DNA of 64,000 nt from Candidatus Eiseniibacteriota bacterium (GCA_026388185.1 JAPLKG010000003.1:22871-86870); one strand, 5' to 3'. Shown: positions 1 to 8,582, numbered from the stretch's first letter. Notes: generated by a model not told the origin, from the letters alone. Translations and numbers: made by a program.

Positions 1-136
1 ACATCCAAGCGCCAGTATGCTGGGGGCACGCATGGTTGAGGTGATAGTTTCTTCTACAAATGGGGCAGATATGATACCGATCGTATTCCTTAATTGCCCC
101 ACCGCATGCGGGGCATATCCTGGCTCCCACACTGCA

Positions 137-1279
137 TCACCTCGAGGCAATCCAAGCCTCTCCCACGGTATTTCCTTTACTAAACAAGACTCGAATCAAA
201 TGATTTGGAGGGATATGCAGAGATCTGAGAGAATATCCGTCTTCAAGTTCTTCTGTATACTTATCTGGAACGACTGCCAATGCCCCACAGGCAGGACAGC
301 AAGATCTCAGGAACTTCCCAAGCAGGCATGGCTGGATTGTGTGAGAGCCACCACATCCACGACAAACGACGGAGTACACTATCTGTTTGTCGTGTCTAAC
401 TTCTACCTCAGAGCATCCGAGGGCGGCTCGAAGCCTATTCTTGATCGAAAGAACATCATCGTCTAGGAGAGACTCTAGAAGGACTTTCGACTTGTCTGGC
501 GGAGGAACATGAGCAGGGCAATTTTCTTTTCTTGGCACTTCCCAGGTCAGGAATGCCCCGTTTTCTCCATCGAACCAGAAGAACACACTACTCCGGGCGG
601 AAGGACCTGAGTGCTTCAGATGAAGGATCTTAATGCACTCTTGAGCTGCAATGCCTCCCGCTATTGCGCCCGACGTAATGACCATGGGGATCTTGGGCTC
701 ATCTGGAAGCATTCCTATCTTTGAGCAGCTGTGTCTTTCCCATAGTTGCTGATACTCCCTTTTGGTCCAGCTGCATTCAATACATGCTCCGGATGGTGTG
801 GCAACGAATACACTGCTGACCAGACCACCTATCCCCGTATCAACTAGAGGCGTACCGTGTAGCCGACAGTACCTATTCACCCATAGTCGTGCCTCCAGAT
901 TATCTACAGTCAAAACGACACAGTCAAAGGAACTATATTCGAGGCTACCGAAATCATAGACGACATCGCGGTTCCAGCCTCTGGTTGTGATCCCTGGGGC
1001 AATCTCCTTGGCACGCCTGGCGGCTGTCTCCGATTTGGACTTGCCAATGTCCTCGGCCCGAAACAAAACACATCTGTTCAGATTCACTTCCTCAACCACA
1101 TCGCTGTCCAGAACGCTGATTTCTCCTACACCTGTAAGAGCAAGATTCTTGATCACCTCGTTGCCTGTAGTTCCCGCACCAACAACGAGGACACGACCTC
1201 CAGAGACGGCTTCCTGACGCCATCCTTTTATCATCTTCTGTCTTGTATACCTATTCGACATGAGCCTGATGTTCCTCAC
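137..1279 (-). CDS. E1-like adenylyltransferase of the ThiF/MoeB/HesA family (ubiquitin-activating-like), with a C-terminal Cys-rich zinc-ribbon-like extension
   Basis: The Rossmann nucleotide motif VLVVGAGTTGNEVIKNLALTGVGEISVLDSD...NLNRC is diagnostic of ThiF/MoeB/E1. CxxC pairs (CIEC, CRGC, CPAC) follow the adenylation domain. It is the last gene of the Ubl-E2-JAB-E1 operon and overlaps the JAB gene by about 28 nt. Confidence 0.85.
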   Translation of the reverse strand: MRNIRLMSNRYTRQKMIKGWRQEAVSGGRVLVVGAGTTGNEVIKNLALTGVGEISVLDSDVVEEVNLNRCVLFRAEDIGKSKSETAARRAKEIAPGITTRGWNRDVVYDFGSLEYSSFDCVVLTVDNLEARLWVNRYCRLHGTPLVDTGIGGLVSSVFVATPSGACIECSWTKREYQQLWERHSCSKIGMLPDEPKIPMVITSGAIAGGIAAQECIKILHLKHSGPSARSSVFFWFDGENGAFLTWEVPRKENCPAHVPPPDKSKVLLESLLDDDVLSIKNRLRAALGCSEVEVRHDKQIVYSVVCRGCGGSHTIQPCLLGKFLRSCCPACGALAVVPDKYTEELEDGYSLRSLHIPPNHLIRVLFSKGNTVGEAWIASR

Positions 1280-2516
1280 TGACTATGACTTGATACTGAT
1301 GTGTATCCAGAATGGCTCTTTCTCGGTGGGACCAAACTCTAAACCTTAGCTCTTGTGTTGCCAATGCGTTAACGGACGGCGAAGCAATCAGAAAGTAGTC
1401 ACCGCAATATTCCTCAAGAGCACCCAATTCGGGTGTGGGCGAGTCAAAAAACCATCGCTTGCGGCTTTTGGTGAGAGCAGCGGTCGTTTTGGCATTGCAA
1501 TATACCCCGATCATCTGTAGACCTTTTCCGGGGTGTCCCGACGGTAAGGACGCCTCAGAGTGCCGAGACAGTGTGTTCGAAGACTGCGCGGCAAATCCTC
1601 TAATGTATTTTCGGTACTCTTCAATCCTTTCCAACCCTAAGGCCAGGGAATCCACTAGATTTATTAGGCTGCAGCCCGCAAGATGATCAGTATACCCAAA
1701 GAGCAGCCCACCACTTTGAGAGGAATGCATTTCCTGCCACAGCTTCTTGTTGACACGCACAGGAACAATCACCATTGGCATAGGGAAATTGAGTCCGGTC
1801 GGCCCGATTTTAAGCAGGTTATGCAACCGCGAGCTCGCTTGCGCTATCTCCTGTCCGAGGTCTCTTCCCAGCCGTCTCGCAAGTGCCTCGTCGATTTCGG
1901 GGCGTTTTTCCACAAGAATGACATTACCCCTTGCTACTCTCACCTGTGTGCCTTCGTTGTTCCACCCAAAGAAACCAATCCATTCTAAGTCTGACTCGAA
2001 GCCTTGCGACCTGACTCGACTCGGATCGACTACAGCTGCGACCTGATATTGCTCGGGATGATAGTCAGAGAAGTTCTTTGTGTCGGTCCCGGAGAAGAAT
2101 ATGCCCAGTTTCGGATGCGAATGATAATACCCTACAAGGATCGTGCCCTCTCTTAGCCGAACCGCCTCAACGTCTCTGAAGCTCTCGGGAACCATTCTCA
2201 CGTGGGTTGGAGTGGAGACGTAGAGAGCACGAATCGCTCTTTCGACGTAGGTAATCCGTACCCCACTATCGGCATCCATGGCAGGAAAACCCAAGAGATA
2301 CCCACCGACCTCATGGTGCATTTCTCCTGAGGCATGATAATACATTTCTCGCAACGCACCTTTTTGGATGAGAAGCAGCGGTAGGTCTTCACGTGGGAGC
2401 AAGTCGGAGGCTCGTACGAATCGTCGCTCATCATATCTTGTGACTTTGCCAACCCTCACAGCCTGATCATCATCCTCGCGACCTGTCAATCCAAGCACGT
2501 AAGCGAGCCATATCAA
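1251..2516 (-). CDS. JAB/MPN+ (JAMM) metallopeptidase, deubiquitinase-like, with a roughly 250 aa C-terminal extension
   Basis: The JAMM signature HSHPKLGIFFSGTDT (H-x-H-x7-S-x2-D) is present, with an upstream Glu in HASGEMHHEVGGYLLG. A second degenerate GGLLFGY segment lies downstream. The listed start overlaps the E2 gene, so the true start may be a downstream GTG or ATG. Confidence 0.8.
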   Translation of the reverse strand: MIWLAYVLGLTGREDDDQAVRVGKVTRYDERRFVRASDLLPREDLPLLLIQKGALREMYYHASGEMHHEVGGYLLGFPAMDADSGVRITYVERAIRALYVSTPTHVRMVPESFRDVEAVRLREGTILVGYYHSHPKLGIFFSGTDTKNFSDYHPEQYQVAAVVDPSRVRSQGFESDLEWIGFFGWNNEGTQVRVARGNVILVEKRPEIDEALARRLGRDLGQEIAQASSRLHNLLKIGPTGLNFPMPMVIVPVRVNKKLWQEMHSSQSGGLLFGYTDHLAGCSLINLVDSLALGLERIEEYRKYIRGFAAQSSNTLSRHSEASLPSGHPGKGLQMIGVYCNAKTTAALTKSRKRWFFDSPTPELGALEEYCGDYFLIASPSVNALATQELRFRVWSHRERAILDTHQYQVIVSEEHQAHVE

Positions 2517-3015
2517 TAGGCCTTATGTAACGTGAAAGGTTTCCGCGATTTCTCTTCCACCACTCCATCGCTCCAGGATTCGCAGGAGAGTTGGCGTCTA
2601 TCTTCCACATACTACCTTCTTCTTGATTGTATTGAAGATACTCAATGATGCCGCGGATCCAGTCCGCAAGAGCCAGATCCGGCTGAGGGGTGCCACCCGA
2701 CCCCCAACACAAACGCCCGTCGGGCCAAATGTGTGGGTGAAAAGGAATTGGGGAGCGAAATCTCAAGCCAGGCACAGCGGACCATGGGTACCCTGATGCA
2801 ATCTCAGCCGCGACCAAAAATGTGTCACCAATGGCTGAAGAGCCGAGAGATGGATTGCCGATGAGACTCTGTATTCCCTTGATGGTCAGTTCGAATCGGC
2901 TGAAGTCTAAGCTCTTCCGCTCAACTTCAAATCGAAGGGGAAGGATGGAGTCTGCATCCAAGATACTTTTGATCTTCAATAGGTGTCGAATTTCTGTATT
3001 AAACCTCTCATCCAT
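2470..3015 (-). CDS. E2-like ubiquitin-conjugating enzyme homolog (UBC fold)
   Basis: The motif FHPHIWPDGRLCWG resembles the eukaryotic/prokaryotic E2 HPN...C active-site region, with the Cys 10 residues after HP. It is about 180 aa and sits between the Ubl and JAB genes. Confidence 0.65.
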   Translation of the reverse strand: MDERFNTEIRHLLKIKSILDADSILPLRFEVERKSLDFSRFELTIKGIQSLIGNPSLGSSAIGDTFLVAAEIASGYPWSAVPGLRFRSPIPFHPHIWPDGRLCWGSGGTPQPDLALADWIRGIIEYLQYNQEEGSMWKIDANSPANPGAMEWWKRNRGNLSRYIRPIDMARLRAWIDRSRG

Positions 3016-3086
3016 AAGCAGCCCCTTTGAACAATCAAGGTTATTCTCTGTCCGCGGATCTATTCGGACAACTACTCATCACAGGG

Positions 3087-3335
3087 CTAGCCCCCAACCT
3101 CCATTCTGGCTAGGGTTAGCTTGTCTCCGCTTTGCACCAATTTGTCCAGCGTTGCATCCCCACTGATTGGCTTACCATCTGAACCCAGCAATTTGTATGA
3201 ACCCTCTGCTGGCAACCCCAGTTGAGGGGCCACCAACGTACATACCTGCTGCGCATTGTCACCCGGAAATATTTCCACTTCCGCAGAAGCTGTACCGCCA
3301 GCCCTAACTATGGTTACCTTCTTGCCCTCTGCCAT
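3087..3335 (-). CDS. Ubiquitin-like beta-grasp protein ending in a native C-terminal Gly-Gly
   Basis: The 82 aa protein ends ...LTLARMEVGG followed directly by a stop codon. A strong Shine-Dalgarno (caagaGGAGGcagaaATG) precedes the start. It is the first gene of the operon. Confidence 0.75.
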   Translation of the reverse strand: MAEGKKVTIVRAGGTASAEVEIFPGDNAQQVCTLVAPQLGLPAEGSYKLLGSDGKPISGDATLDKLVQSGDKLTLARMEVGG

Positions 3336-3898
3336 TTCTGCCTCCTCTTGTACGATTTCATGTTATTGAACGCCAAGACTCCATCTCCGCGCCCTTCAAA
3401 CTCCAGGGAAAGGCAAAATAGTAAAGCCCCATCAGAACCGATGAGACCTAGTCCATTTTATGAAGACGCGCGAATCATCCAGGACCAACAAAGCGTTCGT
3501 GCCTCCACTTATGTTCTTCTCACCAAAACATCAGTTGCCTTCGATTTATGTAGCACAAATTGTATCACCAAAGTACCTACCGTGCAAGCAGAAACATCTG
3601 GTGGCGCAGCGGCCGCTCATTCCACGAATAGTCAAGACCCAGTAGACGCTCTTCTCACAGTTAGGGAAATCTGAACCCGAGGACTTATCGAAACCTGGGT
3701 CATGCGAGTTTGCCGGCTGCCCCCCACAAGTGACCCGGCCTTCCAGTCAACCGGCTTCTTTCTCACAACAGATTCGCGTCCACCCGCGGATACATTTCGT
3801 GTCTCGCGGATGGAAAGAAGGCCGCCACAGAATTGGGCGGACCCTTACAGAGGCCCTCCACCCTCAAGCTGTAGATAGAGGAGCACTCCGCGGCGTCC

Positions 3899-6307
3899 TC
3901 ACTTCGGTGGGTTTGTAATGACCTTCACCGGCTTTTTGGCATCCTCATGTGGCCACGGCTCAAGCTCTTGAATGTGCCTGCCAAGTTCGGGATAGGAATC
4001 CAATCTCGGCACATTTCGCATGGTTACTTGGCCGAGGGAGATATCGTGAAATCGAGACGCCAAAATTTCTATGCTGCGGATCCCATCAAATGGCATGGCA
4101 TTGTAGAATACCCTGAGTACATTTTGGTCGATGCTCGAGATTGGTCCGAAAACTCGATTGAGGAAATTAACGCCGTGGTAAACCAGTTCCGTTCGTCGGC
4201 GCTTGCTTTCAGGGTCGCTCCGAACCATCCTTTTCATCAGTACCTTTCGTCTTTCTTCGTCCTGCTCTGCATGAAGCTTTTCCCTACGGTCACCCCCAAA
4301 GAAATCCAACTCAATAATTGGTCCATTTATCCTGGACAAAAAGTCGCGCCCCTTCGATTCGACTCTCAGGTGGTTGAGAGGTTTAGTAGAAGCAAATACC
4401 CAGACGCAGGGTTCGATACGGTATGTGGTCCCTTCCGATGCGAAAGAGCCGTCCCATATCGGGCCCAAAAGAAGACCCATAGCTGTGTGGCTCTCAATCT
4501 GGGCATCTATTTCATCCACAAAAACGAGAACGCGGGCCCGTGTACGATTCTGAACAGACATTATCTGTTTAAGCGAGTTCATTAGATCCTGATTAGAGGC
4601 CATCTGGGCGACCGAGAAACTGAGATGTTGAAAATCAAAATGCTGGGCTAGACACTTCGCCAGAGTGCTTTTCCCCCATCCCGGTTCCGCGAGAAGAAGG
4701 CAATTAAAGGGGTACCGTGGATCTCGTTCATTTCCATACGCCTGCAGCCGGGTTATCAATTTGTTTATCTCAGATCGCTTATCTCCACCGGGACAGATGT
4801 AATCCTTGAGCGTTCCGTGAGCGCGCCAGAGATGAATCTGCTTTTCCCCGCCTACCGTAACAACCCCTTGGCCAATCGATGAACGATTCCACTCGTGCCA
4901 GCTCGCCAGATAAGTGAGCCGGTGAGACAGTCTCTGGCGGGGCCCGACCACCGCTGGAGGCCAGGGTGGCCTGTAGATCGCTTGGTCGAAGGGTCCAGTT
5001 AGATTAGAGGGCTTCTTTTCCAACCAAGCCTTCGTACAGCTGTCAGTCCAAAGGTACGCGTTTCGGAGCGCCCAAGAGCACGCACTGCTCATAGAGTTCC
5101 GCAGAGGGACAAACATCTGGTCCCAGTATACAAGCGAAGAAAAGAAAACTGTGGAGCGTCCAACGCAGATAGGTTTCTTTTCACCTGGCGCGCTGGCGAT
5201 GTTGACGAGATAAGCGTCATCTTTCTCGCGGCTCCGATTAGAGTGCCTACCCCGGACCCTTTTTGTGCCTGTAGTGCTCGTCGCAGCAATCACTGTATCA
5301 TCCTCGAACAAGAGGGCAGCATTCTCCGGCTTTACTCGAACAGAGTGGATTGTCTTAGTGTGGAGATACTTCTTCAGCCCAAGGAGATCACCCAGGACTT
5401 CCAAAGCTGCATGCCCTAGGACGGTCGGTCCGTGGCGCCAGACGCGTACCCCGTATGTATACTCCAGCAACTGTTCATCGGTAAACGTCAGCCGCGGTTT
5501 CTTCCTCGCTTTCTTCAGTTCGTCCATCCACGTTGCGGACTCTAGCTTGCTCCGAATGTACCATTTAGCCTTCGGAAAGGCCCTATGGAGCCGTTTGACC
5601 AGCTCATTGTCGATCACTCCATAGCCGTGATCGACCGCAACAATCGCGTCAACCTCAGTTTTGGGAATGGATTTCTTGATCTCACCCACGATGCCGTAGT
5701 TCTTGTACTGATTGTCGAGATCCAGTTTCCAATCGAAACGATATTGAAGACGAGGTTGATCACTGCCAAACCCTTCATAAAGACGGACCAAGTGGTTGGA
5801 AGACGTATTTGTTGCGGCTTTGGGGCAGTTTGTCTTAACTAGATTGAACATCGACCGCTGGTAGCAGCACTCAGTTTGAGTCCTGAGATGCGGACACCAC
5901 CTCTTGGCCTTGCTATTCCAGTGCGGAGTCGTGAGACCGGATAAACGGTACGGTGTGAGCCCTATGCTCACATCTTTCTTGTCACACAGCAGACACATAA
6001 GGAGATTGCTATCACTTGGGTTCCATGCCGTAAGCAAAAGCAGTTCGCATTTCTCCACCATTGAAGGAACCATGGATTTCCCCGCTGAGACAGTGCGATG
6101 TTGAAGACCCGGACCCCGTAGGGTGCGCCAAACACTAGCTGCTCCGCAAAAACTTATGATCCGGCAATCGGCGTTTGGCAGATTGCTAATGTAGTGTTCC
6201 TTGCCAACGTTGTAGCTGTGGTAGATGTCTCCGCGCGACATCAGCCAGTTCTCATCGATGAAGGAATCACCAACAATGAGCACAACGCGCTTCTGGTTGG
6301 ATGGCAT
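3899..6307 (-). CDS. Fusion protein: N-terminal PfkB/RfaE-domain-I-like carbohydrate-kinase fold plus C-terminal P-loop NTPase (STAND/AAA+-like)
   Basis: The N-terminus has VVLIVGDSFIDENW, CGAASVW and AIVAVDHGYG, which resemble the HldE/PfkB motifs VGDvmLDrYW, GGAANVA and SDYaKG. The C-terminal half has Walker A LLAEPGWGKSTLAKCL and Walker B RVLVFVDEID. The ORF track starts at a GTG at 6367, but a GGAGG Shine-Dalgarno precedes the in-frame ATG about 60 nt downstream (MPSNQKR...), so the start is called near 6307. Confidence 0.6.
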   Translation of the reverse strand: MPSNQKRVVLIVGDSFIDENWLMSRGDIYHSYNVGKEHYISNLPNADCRIISFCGAASVWRTLRGPGLQHRTVSAGKSMVPSMVEKCELLLLTAWNPSDSNLLMCLLCDKKDVSIGLTPYRLSGLTTPHWNSKAKRWCPHLRTQTECCYQRSMFNLVKTNCPKAATNTSSNHLVRLYEGFGSDQPRLQYRFDWKLDLDNQYKNYGIVGEIKKSIPKTEVDAIVAVDHGYGVIDNELVKRLHRAFPKAKWYIRSKLESATWMDELKKARKKPRLTFTDEQLLEYTYGVRVWRHGPTVLGHAALEVLGDLLGLKKYLHTKTIHSVRVKPENAALLFEDDTVIAATSTTGTKRVRGRHSNRSREKDDAYLVNIASAPGEKKPICVGRSTVFFSSLVYWDQMFVPLRNSMSSACSWALRNAYLWTDSCTKAWLEKKPSNLTGPFDQAIYRPPWPPAVVGPRQRLSHRLTYLASWHEWNRSSIGQGVVTVGGEKQIHLWRAHGTLKDYICPGGDKRSEINKLITRLQAYGNERDPRYPFNCLLLAEPGWGKSTLAKCLAQHFDFQHLSFSVAQMASNQDLMNSLKQIMSVQNRTRARVLVFVDEIDAQIESHTAMGLLLGPIWDGSFASEGTTYRIEPCVWVFASTKPLNHLRVESKGRDFLSRINGPIIELDFFGGDRREKLHAEQDEERRKVLMKRMVRSDPESKRRRTELVYHGVNFLNRVFGPISSIDQNVLRVFYNAMPFDGIRSIEILASRFHDISLGQVTMRNVPRLDSYPELGRHIQELEPWPHEDAKKPVKVITNPPK

Positions 6308-6370
6308 GACTTCCTCCTGAATAATTACGAGCCCTCTATCTACACCAGCGGGAGGCGTCTTGCGCACGCA

Positions 6371-7690
6371 TCAAAGATCAGACCTTTTCCTTGCCCACCG
6401 CACAATGGGTCCGAGGACCAGTCTGGCGACAAACTTGGTAACCGTACTGCTGGAAACAAACCCTGCCAAAGATGGGGAAACAAAATAATAGAGTCTGACT
6501 GCGAATGCACCGAGGCGGGAGTGTAATAACACTTCATCCCGAAATCTACTTAGTGTCGCCACCTCTGATGCCAGCGGAGAGTCAAACGCAGCAGTTGCGA
6601 TGAAACAGCGCGAACCTACACCTTCCACCTTGTACAGGTCCATACCCGGGGGCTCGAACTTCAGCACTATGAGTATTGTTGTTTCCCCAGCCAATCTTCT
6701 GGCCTCATCGAGAACTGCCAGGTCATCCGGAGCGAAGGAGCCGACTAGCTTAGTTCGGAAGTTGCCTTTGTACATGGCTGCTGGTTTTCCTTCTCTCAGA
6801 ATCGTGACGCGATCCTTCCTGTATTGGCTCTCGAGTTCGAGTATGCCTTCCCCAACTTCCTTGATTCTGGAGTTTCTGGCAACCTCTGTCTCCGCTGTGC
6901 CAATCGATTCCAACAGTCGTACGGTATTCCTGCGCGACACTTCATTCGTGTCGTGACTGAGACAAGTTTTGAGATCCTGAACAGCCTTGTCTTTCTCCCC
7001 CATGAGCAGCCACAGGTAGCCTCGATTGAAGTAAGTCGGAGGGTGATCAGGAGCCAGAGCAATGGCCCTCTCAAATGCGTCTAGTGCGAGCTCGTAGTAC
7101 TCTCCAGCTTTCGCCTCCTGCCCGGATTTGGTAAGCTCTGCCCCCATCGTCTTGTACACGTTTCCTAGACTGTTGAGTGGATGCGGCATCTTTGGCGATG
7201 AGGACACTGCCCGTCTTGCCCACTCCAATGCCAAATCGTACTTCCCTTTGTGGGTGTATATGATGGCGAGGGAATTCATCGCATCAGCAGCGTCGGGCGA
7301 TTCTTCAACACCATATTCGAGAGCCCAAGCCGCGAGATCCTCCTCACCGAGTCTTGCAAGCTGCATTCCCATATGCACCAACATGCGAGCAAGAGGCCAG
7401 TCGTCAAAATCGGCGGGATGCTTGCACTTCGCTCTTTGCAGAATAGAAGTGGCGCGACTAACAAGCTCAAGCCCCGGAATTCGGCGAAGAACGTCAAGTT
7501 TATCCTCGTCGCTCGGAAATTCCTTGAGGATCTTGCTCCGAAAGCGGGCTTTCTCCGCTTTCGAGAGGTTTGTGAAGTGCTGCACTTCCTTCTTCAGTGC
7601 GCGTTCCATATCAATCAGCTGAATTGTCGACAGACCTTGCGTTTGTTGGTGAATGCTGTCGATTTCGTCCATCTTGGATCCTCCATTCAC
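6371..7690 (-). CDS. TPR-repeat protein with a conserved C-terminal CFIATAAF...LSRFRD module
   Basis: Multiple 34-aa TPR-like repeats are present (AIIYTHKGKYDLALEWARRAV, LGNVYKTMG, YYELALDAFERAIALAPDHPPTYFNRGYLWLLMGEKDKAV). Its stop is 3 nt from the start of the downstream kinase/NTPase gene, implying translational coupling. Confidence 0.7.
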   Translation of the reverse strand: MNGGSKMDEIDSIHQQTQGLSTIQLIDMERALKKEVQHFTNLSKAEKARFRSKILKEFPSDEDKLDVLRRIPGLELVSRATSILQRAKCKHPADFDDWPLARMLVHMGMQLARLGEEDLAAWALEYGVEESPDAADAMNSLAIIYTHKGKYDLALEWARRAVSSSPKMPHPLNSLGNVYKTMGAELTKSGQEAKAGEYYELALDAFERAIALAPDHPPTYFNRGYLWLLMGEKDKAVQDLKTCLSHDTNEVSRRNTVRLLESIGTAETEVARNSRIKEVGEGILELESQYRKDRVTILREGKPAAMYKGNFRTKLVGSFAPDDLAVLDEARRLAGETTILIVLKFEPPGMDLYKVEGVGSRCFIATAAFDSPLASEVATLSRFRDEVLLHSRLGAFAVRLYYFVSPSLAGFVSSSTVTKFVARLVLGPIVRWARKRSDL

Positions 7691-8253
7691 GGAAAGGCCA
7701 GCAGCTGCGCTGGCCAGACTCAGGTGAAGGTTACATCAGAATAACGTCCGCGTCCTACCGGTGATGGAAATCTAGGGAGTTCTAGCTAAACGTATCAAAT
7801 CTGCCGGCTTGATAAATCAAAGCGTTAGTATATCACTAAAATACTGCCAGTGCAAGGGCGAAATCTCAGTGGTGTTCCATTAACTGGTGCTGATTGAGGT
7901 CTGAAGGCGACCAGTCAGGGCGGAAATTGATCACGTCGCTGCTGCCAACTTGGAGACATCCAAGCCGATGGACCCAGAGAGTGCAGTCATTTGTTTGCAA
8001 CCACGACATGAGCTCCAGATTATCACACATGTGACATGACACGACAGTGCCCAAACGAAACGTCACCTCTATGCATTGCTCTTGCTAACATCCTCCTAAC
8101 AAAACATCCCAAAACACCCCGAAAAACGAGAAAACACCAGAAAACGTGAGACCGCACAACTCTTTTCTGTTGTTACAGCTACGTCCCTGATGTTCTCTCT
8201 TGTTGTGACATCACAACGTTCTCATAACCCAAAGGTCGCTGGTTCACCTCGCT

Positions 8254-8577
8254 TCACGGCTTTCCTGTAATCTTCTGAAGCGTGGAGTCCCAGAGGTAAC
8301 CGGCGATCAAGGCGTGGCGCCAATCCGCCAACATCTTGCCGCCAACAGCTACAATCACCAGGGCAACGGCCAGCGAGAAGACAGAAAGTTTCGCGTAGGG
8401 CCCAACGTGCGGCCACACTGCTCGCAGCACCTTCGCCATTCTTCGCGTTAGCGGCGGCTTCTTGGGTTGCAGGCTCGAGCCCGGTGTCGTCGGGCCATAG
8501 GTTTTCTTGAATTCTTCGCTGACGGACTTTGCCGGCACAGATGTTTTGACCCCCGCTGCCAGCTGTAGTAAATTCAT
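8254..8577 (-). pseudogene. Truncated N-terminal fragment of an ABC exporter (MsbA-like transmembrane-domain N-terminus)
   Basis: The translation ...MAKVLRAVWPHVGPYAKLSVFSLAVALVIVAVGGKMLADWRHALIAGYLW resembles the start of type-I ABC exporter transmembrane domains (compare MsbA FRRLWPYI.PYK). The reading frame stops after 107 aa, far short of a full exporter, and it is divergent from the ABC-F gene. Confidence 0.4.
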
Positions 8578-8582
8578 GCGTT

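Noticed and set aside
17-466. 149-aa plus-strand ORF at the window start
   Set aside because: It is entirely antisense to the 3' end of the E1 gene, and no motif was recognised. It is most likely a shadow ORF of the well-supported minus-strand gene.
8225-8260. tRNA-like ggtcgctggttcacctc string near the exporter fragment
   Set aside because: It lacks a GTTCGA T-loop consensus, an acceptor-stem partner and a CCA context. It is not a tRNA.
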